From the IMG/VR virus record IMGVR_UViG_3300028833_000061, positions 32,001 through 96,000 of that record: 64,000 nucleotides of DNA, one strand, 5' to 3'. Positions 53,417-63,421 of this stretch are shown piece after piece (the first letter of the stretch is position 1; every line of letters starts with the position of its first letter). Source of the DNA: a virus. Lineage: Duplodnaviria > Caudoviricetes. The position numbers were made by a program, and so were the translations under genes. The notes under the pieces were generated by a model. It ran no database searches. It was not told the DNA's origin and saw nothing but the letters and a program-made list of their open reading frames with translations.

Positions 53417-54123
53417 CAGCCGTTCCTCCAGTATGAGATTCCAAGTGTCTTGCGGATGACGATGTCTATAGGACGCCAGCCGCCGAAGCACGACGTGAGG
53501 CTCTTGTGCTCGTCCCAGGCATCCCTTGCCCAGTCACACACTTCGTGATCAAGGTCGGACACGACAAGCTTGCCTTTGTCGATCCGCTCGTACAGAATAA
53601 CCCTCTTTGCACTAGGATCCTCTATGATTTTTCCGTCGTCGTTCTTTACAGTGATGCACTTGAGCATGATATTGTCGTTGTCATAACTAGATCCAAGAAG
53701 ATCCTCCACCTCCCATAGGTCGGAACGTTCTCCGAACACGATATCCTTGAGGTTGAAGCCGAGCTTCTTGAACTCCTTCGTGAGGTCATTCACGAAATCC
53801 TTGTACGCCTTGTGCTTCTTCATCTTCTCGACGTCGATCAGATAGTCTCCTGTATAACGGTTCGTGAGCCCCTGGCCTATGATGCCGAATATGTACCGGA
53901 GCTTTGCGTCGAGCGAATACTTCGTCGTACGCATCTTTCCGCCTAGCTTTCTGATTCGCAGATACCAGTCGTCCCCCTGCTTGTCCATTACAACGGAATC
54001 CCAGTCATCAAGGTCCAGGACATCCGCCCTGTCGATCTTCTTGTATGTCTCCGCGAGATTCCAGGCGATCGCGTGGGTCGAGCTGGAATTCGTCTCGAAG
54101 ACGCCTCTTCTAACCGTTCTCAT
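53416..54123 (-). CDS. FETNSSS-motif protein 5
   Basis: MRTVRRGVFETNSSSTHAIAW. Confidence 0.8.
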   Translation of the reverse strand: MRTVRRGVFETNSSSTHAIAWNLAETYKKIDRADVLDLDDWDSVVMDKQGDDWYLRIRKLGGKMRTTKYSLDAKLRYIFGIIGQGLTNRYTGDYLIDVEKMKKHKAYKDFVNDLTKEFKKLGFNLKDIVFGERSDLWEVEDLLGSSYDNDNIMLKCITVKNDDGKIIEDPSAKRVILYERIDKGKLVVSDLDHEVCDWARDAWDEHKSLTSCFGGWRPIDIVIRKTLGISYWRNG

Positions 54124-54514
54124 TTTCGTAGTCGTAGATTGCGTGTTGCGTTATCCCTGATTTCTCCATCAAGTGGATGATCTCTTCCCTTGTCTTGTTG
54201 CTGATAACATACGAGACGTTGTTCTCCAGAGAGATCTCATAGAATCTTTTTATAACCCCTCTCCACTCCCACCACTGCTCTTCGCCAGCATCGCCTCTGT
54301 AATCAAGCTTTCTGCGTAGGACTTTGATTTTGTCCTTCTGCATCTGCTCGTTAAGCCAGCCACATTCCTCGATACGGGCGATCAGAGACAATTTCACTCC
54401 GATCCAGTTTGGATGCATCTCGTTAATGCCGCCGGCATTCGTGGTCCGTGTATAGTGGTCGAACCACACGAGGTATTCCTGTAAGCCGTTAGAAGCTGGA
54501 GCACGCGCGATCAT
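54110..54514 (-). CDS. hypothetical protein
   Basis: 134 aa ORF in the chain. Confidence 0.55.
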   Translation of the reverse strand: MIARAPASNGLQEYLVWFDHYTRTTNAGGINEMHPNWIGVKLSLIARIEECGWLNEQMQKDKIKVLRRKLDYRGDAGEEQWWEWRGVIKRFYEISLENNVSYVISNKTREEIIHLMEKSGITQHAIYDYENENG

Positions 54515-54755
54515 AGCAGTCGTCGCAAAGACCTGTCTGGATCATCTCGCGCTCGGTTGGCGTGAACTGATCCACTGGCAGGATTTCCTGGATCAACTTG
54601 TGGTTCTTACCGCTGCAGTAGTCTCTGATAGCATTAGCCTGGTCTGTCGAACAGACAAGCATCTGCTTCTTTCCACACATTGGGCACGCTCTGTGCACCT
54701 CGGCCGTCGCCATGTTTGGGTGCATTATCATTCTGTCAAAACTAGCCATTTCCAT
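54489..54755 (-). CDS. small zinc-ribbon protein
   Basis: CPMCG...EREMIQTGLCDDC. Confidence 0.65.
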   Translation of the reverse strand: MEMASFDRMIMHPNMATAEVHRACPMCGKKQMLVCSTDQANAIRDYCSGKNHKLIQEILPVDQFTPTEREMIQTGLCDDCYDRACSSF

Positions 54756-55749
54756 CCTTCAGCTCTACCAGGCAATTGAACGAGCTCAACGTGAGACCGC
54801 TGTTTGCCAGGTACTTGTTTGAATTTACTGTGTCCTCTATCTGCCTCCATATTTCAGGCCTTGGACATTCTCCGGCGTCCTTGTATCCCTTCAGGGACAC
54901 TGGAACTACCAGCGTAGTAGTGGGAAATCTTGCGGCTAGCTTTGTCTGTTCGTCAGCCGCGTCAGGGTCCAACAGGAGAATGACAAGACGCCACCTGGAC
55001 AGCATCGATATCTGGCCGTCGCTGACGTTCTTTCCGAAAGTAGCCACTCCGCACAGCCCAACGGCCATGGCATCGAAGGCACCCTCGGTAACGACAACGA
55101 CGTCAGAATGCACCGCCCAGTCCTTGTTGAACAGCAGTTTTCCCTTTTCAACACCCGGAGACGTGAAATACTTCGGAGGTCTCCTGTACTTGCCACTTGG
55201 CTTCTTCTCGAATCCGAAGGCCGCGCATTCATCATCGCTCAGCTTGTCGGGATTGTACAGCAGCCTGGATTGCCATCCTACCACCTTTCCTTCGTCGTAC
55301 AATGGAAGTACTATGGTGTTGGACGTGTTGAACAATCCTCCTGCATACGGCTTTCCTTCCCGGCAATAGCATACTCCGAACATGCGCTCCAGCTCTCCCG
55401 GATCGAACCCGCGTTGCTTCAGGTACAGGATCGCCTGGTGACCTGAAGGCAGCGCGTGCAGCGGTATCAGTTCGCCAGGATCCGTCTGGACTATCGGTTT
55501 CTTCTCTTCCTTCTCAACAGGCCTGAATACCATATTCCTGGCCTCACGAATAAGGTTGCCTATGCGGCCTCCCTCACCACAGTGCCAGCAATGCCAGATA
55601 CCCATGTTGGCATTTACCGACATCTTGTACTCGTGCCCGCATTTCGGGCACGTCGTCAACAGTTCCAGACCGTTTCTACCGCTGCTTTTCCTGACAGGTC
55701 CGAACTTGTCCTCAAGAAGCTGCTGGAGCCTCTGGCTTGACTGGGACAT
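54742..55749 (-). CDS. DNA primase (Zn-binding + TOPRIM)
   Basis: CPKC...WHCWHC; PKYFTSP; VVVTEGAFDA; LLDPDA; KDAGE. Confidence 0.9.
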   Translation of the reverse strand: MSQSSQRLQQLLEDKFGPVRKSSGRNGLELLTTCPKCGHEYKMSVNANMGIWHCWHCGEGGRIGNLIREARNMVFRPVEKEEKKPIVQTDPGELIPLHALPSGHQAILYLKQRGFDPGELERMFGVCYCREGKPYAGGLFNTSNTIVLPLYDEGKVVGWQSRLLYNPDKLSDDECAAFGFEKKPSGKYRRPPKYFTSPGVEKGKLLFNKDWAVHSDVVVVTEGAFDAMAVGLCGVATFGKNVSDGQISMLSRWRLVILLLDPDAADEQTKLAARFPTTTLVVPVSLKGYKDAGECPRPEIWRQIEDTVNSNKYLANSGLTLSSFNCLVELKDGNG

Positions 55750-57259
55750 TCGTTTCCTCTCCGGTCATCATCTGGTAGAACTTCTCAATTCCTTCGTCGT
55801 CTAGCAGCTTCATCGCGTCCAGCATGTCGTCGCGCTTGTCCCACATGCGCAAGGACGGCCCTTGGTAGAACGTCCTGTATGTGTTGATGGCTTCGGCGTC
55901 TCGGCACTTCAGGAACGACACGTTCATGAATCTGCTCAGCTCCGGCATCTCAGAGGCCTTCTTGCCGGTGTTGCTCATATATTTTATCTTTCCGGCGTCC
56001 TTAAGGGCAAGAGCGATGCAGATGTCGCAATAATCGATCACGTGCGAAGAATGCGCTATATCCTTGCGGACGAGCACGTTCTTCTCCTCGGACCCTTGCT
56101 TTACCTGGCAGGCGGTCCATATGATCGTCCGGGTCCTTCTGGCGATAGCGGACAACTCCCTGGATATCTTCTTGAGCAGTCCTGCCTCGTTGTCGGTCCT
56201 CTGGGCGTTTCTAACGCTATGAAAGTCGTTCGTGATCGATTCGATCCAGTCCACATATACGAACGAACAGCGATCCTCTGGTATTCCCTGCTTCATCTTG
56301 CTTTCCTTCCAATACGATATGGATGATTCGATAACGTCCAGGGTAGGCTCGATGTGCTGCATCTTCTGATACTTGCTCGCGCCAGAGAAGTCGAGAATGC
56401 TGATATTATTCCACAGTGGACACTTCTTGGCGCACCACCTGTAGTTTTCAAGCATCTTCTTGGGCCACAGGTCGAGATTTCTCTTCTTGAGATTGCGCGC
56501 GTCGATGAACGACATCATCGCATTCAGTCGAGAAACGACCATGGACTCAGGATTCTCCAGTGTCATAGTAAGGCTGTGGCGACCCATAAGGGCGTTGTTC
56601 ATGGCGAAATTCAGCATGCCTATGGACTTTCCGACGCCAGACGGCGCCACAAGGATCCCATACTGTCCTATGTCCATGCCGCCGCCAAGCGGTATGTCTA
56701 TGCTCTGAAGTCCGGTGCCGTACAGATACTCCGACTCCCCGAACACCTCAGAGAATTCCGTAGGATCCGTAAACTGGAATCCATCGGCGTTCATGGACGC
56801 CACGTCGGCCTGGATCTGGTTTATCTCCTCGGCATAGCTGTCAGCATCTAGACCCTTGGCGTCAGCTGCCATGAATCTGACGGTCTTTACGAACCGGTTC
56901 AGCTTCTTCGGGTCTCTGAAATAATTCGAATTTGCCGTAGACGGATTCTGAAGCGCATTGCATGCTCCGCACAGGACGTCCGCGAAATCGGAGTAGTCCT
57001 GTTCAGCTACGCTGTTCCTATAGGTATCCGTCGTTCCATTTACAGCCCCGATCGCCTCCATCTGCAGGATCTCGGGGGTTATCATCTGGTTGAACTTCTT
57101 GTAGTGCTTGTCGGCAACCTCGAATATCAGCCTGAGCGCATCAGTGCCGAAATCAGTTGATCTCAGCTTTCCCGATACGTCCTTGAAGAACTCCTTGTCC
57201 GCAAGAAGCGCATATAGAAGGTTTGTCTGGAACCTTCTGTCGAACTCTACGTTCAGCAT
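55712..57259 (-). CDS. DnaB-like replicative helicase
   Basis: APSGVGKS, TLEN, VYVDW, IWTACQ; adjacent to the primase. Confidence 0.85.
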   Translation of the reverse strand: MLNVEFDRRFQTNLLYALLADKEFFKDVSGKLRSTDFGTDALRLIFEVADKHYKKFNQMITPEILQMEAIGAVNGTTDTYRNSVAEQDYSDFADVLCGACNALQNPSTANSNYFRDPKKLNRFVKTVRFMAADAKGLDADSYAEEINQIQADVASMNADGFQFTDPTEFSEVFGESEYLYGTGLQSIDIPLGGGMDIGQYGILVAPSGVGKSIGMLNFAMNNALMGRHSLTMTLENPESMVVSRLNAMMSFIDARNLKKRNLDLWPKKMLENYRWCAKKCPLWNNISILDFSGASKYQKMQHIEPTLDVIESSISYWKESKMKQGIPEDRCSFVYVDWIESITNDFHSVRNAQRTDNEAGLLKKISRELSAIARRTRTIIWTACQVKQGSEEKNVLVRKDIAHSSHVIDYCDICIALALKDAGKIKYMSNTGKKASEMPELSRFMNVSFLKCRDAEAINTYRTFYQGPSLRMWDKRDDMLDAMKLLDDEGIEKFYQMMTGEETNVPVKPEAPAAS

Positions 57260-57969
57260 CGGCTAGGTTGGTGGTTATCGGTCGGTTGGTCTCCCCAGAT
57301 GGAGAGTAGGGTTTCAACCGTCCGGCTGTTCTTGACCCTAGCAAATTCTAGTACCTCTTGTCCAGCAAACAATTCTGCCCTTGCTCGCTCTCCATAGCGC
57401 TCAAGCAAGTCACGGTCCAACTCCTCTGGATACACGACCCTGAACCACGCAGGCAACGAAATCATTGGATTTGCAAGTACTTGCTTCTCCGTTCTTCCGT
57501 TCAATACAAGCTCTGTAACGATCCTTTCGGACGCGTTCCACGCATCCTCTGGGTCTATTGCAGAACGCTGTTTTTCCTTGGCGTAGTGCGCTATCGCGCT
57601 GGACGTAGTCAGATTGCCTGGCAGCACGATGCCCCCGTTGGAAGCTATGGACCTGAATACCGTACTTACATAGTCTCCAGGATCCCAGCCGTGTTCATCG
57701 CAAATCTTACCGATTGCAAGAAAGCTCTTCCAGTTCCGGTGTTCCTCATACATCTTTCCGATGCCGGACCTGGACATGTTGTGTTGCTCGAAATAAAACG
57801 AGTCGAATGCCTTTCTGGCGGCAAGGTCTATGCGGAGCAGTTTGTCCTGTATCGCCAGGTCGGTCAGAGGAGGCGTTCCAACGGAGTCGTCGGGCGCGCC
57901 TTCCATGTTGCAGTCGTCTTTACCAATTCCTTGTCCAGGAACGGCAATTCCGTCAATTGCTGCACCCAT
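57253..57969 (-). CDS. hypothetical protein (true start probably downstream)
   Basis: ORF between the two helicases. Confidence 0.55.
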   Translation of the reverse strand: MGAAIDGIAVPGQGIGKDDCNMEGAPDDSVGTPPLTDLAIQDKLLRIDLAARKAFDSFYFEQHNMSRSGIGKMYEEHRNWKSFLAIGKICDEHGWDPGDYVSTVFRSIASNGGIVLPGNLTTSSAIAHYAKEKQRSAIDPEDAWNASERIVTELVLNGRTEKQVLANPMISLPAWFRVVYPEELDRDLLERYGERARAELFAGQEVLEFARVKNSRTVETLLSIWGDQPTDNHQPSRC

Positions 57970-59441
57970 TGTTGTACGAATCCGAGTTCCTTGTACGACC
58001 TCTTTCTAGCTTGCGCCGCTCTTAGATTAGGTCCTGGCTTGCTTCTTGGATCGTTCATGTCCTGAACGTCCCAGGCAGGCCAAAACTCAACTAGATATGC
58101 GACGTCCTTACCATCTGTTCTTCTGGAAGCTCTGCCGGACACCTGCTTGGTCAGGATGTCTGACGAGGCTCCGTACGAGTTGATCACTACGTCAAGTCCA
58201 GGAAAATCTACACCGGTCGACCAGGCTCCAGAGGCTATGATCTTCATGATCTTGCGATCCCTGAAGTCGTTATAAGCCTGCTTGCGCTGTGCTGCCGACA
58301 CCGGCCCGACAGTAGGATATGTCACTTGGTACGACTCTCCGTTCCTGCCGGTTCTCCTGAACGACGTATCCGCGTGCATGTATTTGACGTCCTCGTCACA
58401 GAGCTGATGTATGTTGGATATCTGCTCGATGTGCTGGGCCATGCACAATGTCTGGATGTCCTTCTTCTGAGATCTCAGAATGTCCGATATCATCTGGCTC
58501 AGATTTGTGTTTTCCTCCAGTGCGTACTCGACCTTCTTCTCGCGCAGCTTGTAGCGCATGTATCTGTCGAGCCCGATCGACGGCTCCGGCAGTGGAAGCC
58601 AGTAGACCTCTATTGGAACCAAGGCCCCTGCCCTGACCATGTCGGCATATGTCCTTCTTACAACAACAGGCCCTAGCAGACCTTCCGAGACGATGTCTCT
58701 TCCGTCTGATCGGCCCTCTGGAGTTGCAGAAACGCCATAACGCATAGCCTTCATGAACTTTGACAAAGCCTCGGCTCTTGAGTCTGCTGCAGACGTGTGC
58801 ATCTCGTCCACGATAAGAAGCCCGACGTCGTCAGGATCCAGCAGGTGCAGACTGTCCAACGTGATGCAGATGATGTCATCGGACCACTTGGACGTGCCGG
58901 ACATTATGCATCCGACATCCCTTCCTGTTATGAATCTTGCAAGCTCTTCGGCATTCTTGCGGTTGATGTCCTTCGACGGACACGCAAAAACGCTCAACGG
59001 AGTTCCTCGCAATTTCCATTGTTCTGGATCGAACGCCTTTATAATAGCCGCCGACATAAACGACTTTCCGCTACCTGTCGCGGATTCGAGTACTCCTCCC
59101 TTGGACGCGAGCATGTTATAGATAATCTCTATCTGGTAGTCTCTTGCGCCTTCTATCGCTTTCGCGTAATCAGGTTCGGGGAACGGAGTTCTGAGGTCCT
59201 TGAACTCGAACTGGAATCCTGCGCTTCTCAGGCCGTCTATGACCCTGTGCGCGAATCCAGGCATCGTCGTGAACACTCTTTCGCCGTTTACTACCAGCTC
59301 GGAGAACAGCTGTTCCTTCTGGAACTGCATCTTGCGAGTACGCACGTTGAACTCGGCCTTGTTGTAGCTGAGCTCCTTTTCAAGGAATCCTGGCGGTCTG
59401 ATTATCTCGAGCAGACCATCCTTCAACGTGACCTCTACCAT
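57864..59441 (-). CDS. superfamily 2 DNA helicase (UvsW-like)
   Basis: ARDYQ, SATGSGKS, DEMH, SAT, STGVDFP, QVSGRASR. Confidence 0.9.
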   Translation of the reverse strand: MVEVTLKDGLLEIIRPPGFLEKELSYNKAEFNVRTRKMQFQKEQLFSELVVNGERVFTTMPGFAHRVIDGLRSAGFQFEFKDLRTPFPEPDYAKAIEGARDYQIEIIYNMLASKGGVLESATGSGKSFMSAAIIKAFDPEQWKLRGTPLSVFACPSKDINRKNAEELARFITGRDVGCIMSGTSKWSDDIICITLDSLHLLDPDDVGLLIVDEMHTSAADSRAEALSKFMKAMRYGVSATPEGRSDGRDIVSEGLLGPVVVRRTYADMVRAGALVPIEVYWLPLPEPSIGLDRYMRYKLREKKVEYALEENTNLSQMISDILRSQKKDIQTLCMAQHIEQISNIHQLCDEDVKYMHADTSFRRTGRNGESYQVTYPTVGPVSAAQRKQAYNDFRDRKIMKIIASGAWSTGVDFPGLDVVINSYGASSDILTKQVSGRASRRTDGKDVAYLVEFWPAWDVQDMNDPRSKPGPNLRAAQARKRSYKELGFVQQWVQQLTELPFLDKELVKTTATWKARPTTPLERLL

Positions 59442-59677
59442 CGCTTTGATCTATGAATCGATATGATGTCCATCATGGCAATGACCATAGTCAGGCAGGC
59501 ACCAATCAGCATTATTACCATCAGTAGAGCGACCGGGATCCACATCGGACACAGAACCCATACCCAGTCCCAATCCACCACCTTGGCCAGCTTAAGCACG
59601 ATGAATACGACACACAGCATCATCGGAGTGGCCAGAGGCAGTTCAATCTTCATCCTTTGACTCATCTGGCGTTTCAT
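59435..59677 (-). CDS. small membrane protein (phage LKL...WSWxWVLxP family)
   Basis: FIVLKLAKVVDWDWVWVLCPMWIP. Confidence 0.7.
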   Translation of the reverse strand: MKRQMSQRMKIELPLATPMMLCVVFIVLKLAKVVDWDWVWVLCPMWIPVALLMVIMLIGACLTMVIAMMDIISIHRSKRW

Positions 59678-60329
59678 CCTTTACTAGATTCAGAAGCTTG
59701 ACGTCGACGTTCTGTATGCCCTGCAGCCTTGTCCATACCAGCTGCTGCCGGTTGAGAGCGTCGTATCCAGCCTCTATCTCGTCGAGAGTTCTTGGTGTGT
59801 AGGACATGTACGGAACCATGCATCCGACATTGTATGCGGCCGGCTTGATCCTGTACAGCGATTCTATCGTCTCCTGCATCTTCAGGCATACCTTGTAGTC
59901 GAACGAGCAGTGGACGTGGCCGTACAGGTGCTTGCTTCCACGGAACATCCCGTTGTGCGATGTCATGTAATAGTGGCTCATCACCACCATCTTGCCCGCG
60001 TCCGAGATCTCCTTGTAGTTCTCCCACCCGACGACCTTGTCCTTGACACGCCTGTCGTTCAATAGCTGGTTGAGATAGTTTTCGCGGTCGTGGTTGCCCT
60101 TGATGAAGAAGATCCGGCCGTTGAGCCGCCGGATCTGGTCAACCCACTTCTCATACTTGTCCCACGAGAAGTCGCCGATATGATAGACGACATCCTCGTC
60201 GGTAACGACCGCGTTCCAGTTCTCGACCAGCTTTTCGTCCATCTCGTCGACCGACTTGAACGGACGATTGTCGTACAGGATTATGTTTGCGTGCCCTAGG
60301 TGCAGGTCGGAAATGTAGAAGTTCCTCAT
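59643..60329 (-). CDS. calcineurin-like metallophosphoesterase
   Basis: ISDLHLGHANI, IGDF, GNHD, HLYGHVH. Confidence 0.9.
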   Translation of the reverse strand: MRNFYISDLHLGHANIILYDNRPFKSVDEMDEKLVENWNAVVTDEDVVYHIGDFSWDKYEKWVDQIRRLNGRIFFIKGNHDRENYLNQLLNDRRVKDKVVGWENYKEISDAGKMVVMSHYYMTSHNGMFRGSKHLYGHVHCSFDYKVCLKMQETIESLYRIKPAAYNVGCMVPYMSYTPRTLDEIEAGYDALNRQQLVWTRLQGIQNVDVKLLNLVKDETPDESKDED

Positions 60330-61288
60330 TTCGGGCGATGCTTGAGCGCCTTGGACCGATGCATCGGATAGAACAGCCACCGGCACAGCAAGTTCATTCG
60401 CTCCGTGTCGAAGCAGAACCTGTCGGACGGATCAAGGAACTCGTTGCCGAAGAAGCATGGATGGTAGTTCTTCTTGAAGTCCTTGTTCTTCTGCAGGCTT
60501 GCAACCTCCTTGCGGCAAGAATCGCACAGACACCCGAGCAGCTTTACGAATACGCTGTTGTCGTTCTCCGGCCAGGTCTGCTTGACGCATCGCTCGCCGA
60601 AGTACGTCGACTTGTACAGGCTGTCAGGCGCGTTGTCCTCGACCTCGGACGTAGAGTCGTTGATCGTGATGTCGAACACCTTGGTGTCGCACGTATATCC
60701 GCTGATCGGAACCTGCGGGCGCTCGGTGGACTGGAACGTGGCGATAGCCTGGATATTGAACGGTACTCCAAGGCGAGGAATGCAGTGGAACATGATATAG
60801 CCGTAGGTAGGAACATCCTTGTTTGCCGGAACCTGCGTCTCGATATCTCCGACGAACGCGAGCTTGGCGTCGTTTGCAAGGAATTTCTTTCCAGACTGGC
60901 TGTCGTCGAACGGATGCTCCATGCCGGAGACACGATAGATCCCCTCCAGCAGCTTCTTTGCCTGTTCTTCGGTCAGTCCGTTGCGCTTGTCGTTGACTGC
61001 ACGGTCCACGATGCTCTTGACCATCGGAATGAAGTCCTTGATATAACGATAGGCGATCTCGGTATCGTCGAACTGGCTGGAGTTCTCCTTCTTGAGAGCG
61101 ACGCCGAAGGTATATCCGGCATAGAACGCTGTTCTGTCCGCCTGGGTGATGCAGGTGTCCGGCAAGGCGAAGATCGGCTTGCGGGAGTCTAGATCGACCA
61201 TACCCTTGTGGACATGAAAACCGACGTCCGTGTACAGTGCATCCATCTTGGCCGTGTTGTCGGCCGGTTTGTCGAAGTTTACGAACAT
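60326..61288 (-). CDS. hypothetical protein
   Basis: 320 aa; ATGA overlap. Confidence 0.7.
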   Translation of the reverse strand: MFVNFDKPADNTAKMDALYTDVGFHVHKGMVDLDSRKPIFALPDTCITQADRTAFYAGYTFGVALKKENSSQFDDTEIAYRYIKDFIPMVKSIVDRAVNDKRNGLTEEQAKKLLEGIYRVSGMEHPFDDSQSGKKFLANDAKLAFVGDIETQVPANKDVPTYGYIMFHCIPRLGVPFNIQAIATFQSTERPQVPISGYTCDTKVFDITINDSTSEVEDNAPDSLYKSTYFGERCVKQTWPENDNSVFVKLLGCLCDSCRKEVASLQKNKDFKKNYHPCFFGNEFLDPSDRFCFDTERMNLLCRWLFYPMHRSKALKHRPK

Positions 61289-61291
61289 TGG

Positions 61292-63421
61292 CTAGAGTTG
61301 GATGATTTGATCCGCCTGCGCACTAACCTGGGAATGGTGAGTGGCGCAGAGCACTTGAACGTTCATTGTCTTTGCGACATCCATGATCTTTTTCAGGACG
61401 CCGCCGAACTTGTTTATCGTTTGCTCGTCAAGATAGGCTGTCGGTTCGTCCAGAACCAGCAGCCCGAGCTTCGATGCGAACATTTCGTAGGTAGAGAACC
61501 GGAATGCGACGGCCAGCTGCACCTTCTGTCCTCCAGATAGGACTTCGGCTCTGGCGAGGTCGTTAGGCATAACCCTGCCGTCGTTGAAACGGCACAGGAA
61601 GCCGATTCCTTCCTTTTCTGGCTCTACCGTGAACGGAGCCGAGAACAGCTCCAGATAGTTGTTCACCTCGGCTGTGAGCTTCCTGACGATCTTCTGGGAC
61701 AAGGTGCGCGGAATCGCGGAATAGTGCAGCGCCTGCCGAACCTGCGACAGCACGTTGATTTTCCTGCGAAGCTCGGTCGACCCGTCCTTCTTGATCTTTA
61801 GATCTGCAATATACTGCTCGGAAGCCTTGATCTGCTCGTCTGTTGTCGTGATTGCGCCGTCTAGAGCAGCGATCTCTGCGGACAGTTGATCGAACCTGGA
61901 TATACCGTCGGACAGCTCGGCTGCTTGCTTCGTAAGCTCGTCGATTGACATCTGGACAGTTGTCTTGTCGTCCAGGTCGCCAACGCTCTTCTCATAGTGC
62001 TCGATCGACGTAGTGCATGCCACGACGGCCTTCTCGGCCTTCGCCTTCTCGTTGTCCCAGCCACGACGAACGGACAGCGCGTTCGCGATGTCCTGAAGCA
62101 TCTTGCGGCCTTTTTCGATATTGCTGTTGACCACGGCAGGCATCTTCGTCTCGATCTCGACCTTCTGATTCTCATAGCCTTTCAGAGTCGTCTCGATGAT
62201 GGAGACGTTGCGCTCCTTGGCTGCCAGATTCTGGCGAAGCATTGCGAAGTTATTGACCGGCATCCCGTTCTGGATCTTGGTATACTCGTTGGACGCGTCG
62301 GATCTCTCCTTCTGCAGCTTCTCCGCAAGATTGAACGACAGGACCGTGCCACAGACAGGACAGTTTCCGCTTCCCTGGACTATCTTGATATAGTTATCCA
62401 AAGTAATCATCCTGTTTGACAGAGCGGCCAGCTTCTCGCGAGCTTCGTTATACTCGGCTTCGTATTTCGCGATGCTTTCCTCTGGAATGGCCGGAAGCGC
62501 CTTTGCAACATCGAGCTGCTTTCCGACCTCTTCGATCTTGCGCTTGATCGAAAGATATTTCTCTACCTGCTCGACGGCCCTGTGCAGCTTCTCGTGCTCG
62601 ACCGACAGTTCCTCGACCGACTTCTCGCTGTGAGGATAGTCCTCCAGCTTCTTTAGCATTTCCTTCGCCTTCTCAAGCTCCACCCTAGCGACGTCAAGCT
62701 GCTTGGCATCGTTGAGGCGCTGGCGCTCGTTGGCGATATCCGTCTGGATCTGCGCTAGAAGGTCCATCATATCCTTCTTCGTTGGCATCTTGGCCAAAGT
62801 GTCCTTCATTTCGGTCACTTTGGCCTTCAAGCCTTCGCAGCGTTCCTTCGTGGCGGCAAGGTTACGCTCGGCGTCGTCAAGGAGCGTGTCGTAGTTGTCG
62901 GGATGGTCGTACTTGGTCAGGATACCGCCGAGCACGTTATACATCTTCTCGGTGTCACCAAGACCGGCGATCTTCTGGAACGCACGCTCGCGCTTGTTCT
63001 GCTCGTCGTCGAACAGGATTGATGTCACCTCCGTCTGAGGAACGAACACGACCTTCTTGAATATGTCCTTGTCGATTCCGAGCCGCTCCTTTAGTGCCTG
63101 TTCGACTGCCTTAGCTCCATTGATCTTATCGATACCGATCTGCATGGAGCACGCAGGCGAGGATATGAACCGCTTGATGGAGCAGTCGATCGTACCCTGG
63201 GAGAACTCAAGCTCGACATAGCCGTCCTTCTCGCCCCAGGAAACCAGGTCCTTCTTGTTCGCACCCGGCTGTTCGCCGGTCAGTGCAAATTGCAAGGCCC
63301 CGATGAAATTAGACTTGCCCGCCCCGTTCCTGCCTAGTATGGCTATAAGCGATCCGTTGAAGTCGACGTCGAACTCGTGATGCTGCCTGTAGTTACGCAG
63401 GCTTACCTTCTTTAGCTTCAA
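61292..63421 (-). CDS. Rad50/SbcC-like SMC ATPase
   Basis: GRNGAGKS, coiled coils, CPVC zinc hook, LSGGQ, LVLDEPT. Confidence 0.92.
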   Translation of the reverse strand: MKLKKVSLRNYRQHHEFDVDFNGSLIAILGRNGAGKSNFIGALQFALTGEQPGANKKDLVSWGEKDGYVELEFSQGTIDCSIKRFISSPACSMQIGIDKINGAKAVEQALKERLGIDKDIFKKVVFVPQTEVTSILFDDEQNKRERAFQKIAGLGDTEKMYNVLGGILTKYDHPDNYDTLLDDAERNLAATKERCEGLKAKVTEMKDTLAKMPTKKDMMDLLAQIQTDIANERQRLNDAKQLDVARVELEKAKEMLKKLEDYPHSEKSVEELSVEHEKLHRAVEQVEKYLSIKRKIEEVGKQLDVAKALPAIPEESIAKYEAEYNEAREKLAALSNRMITLDNYIKIVQGSGNCPVCGTVLSFNLAEKLQKERSDASNEYTKIQNGMPVNNFAMLRQNLAAKERNVSIIETTLKGYENQKVEIETKMPAVVNSNIEKGRKMLQDIANALSVRRGWDNEKAKAEKAVVACTTSIEHYEKSVGDLDDKTTVQMSIDELTKQAAELSDGISRFDQLSAEIAALDGAITTTDEQIKASEQYIADLKIKKDGSTELRRKINVLSQVRQALHYSAIPRTLSQKIVRKLTAEVNNYLELFSAPFTVEPEKEGIGFLCRFNDGRVMPNDLARAEVLSGGQKVQLAVAFRFSTYEMFASKLGLLVLDEPTAYLDEQTINKFGGVLKKIMDVAKTMNVQVLCATHHSQVSAQADQIIQL

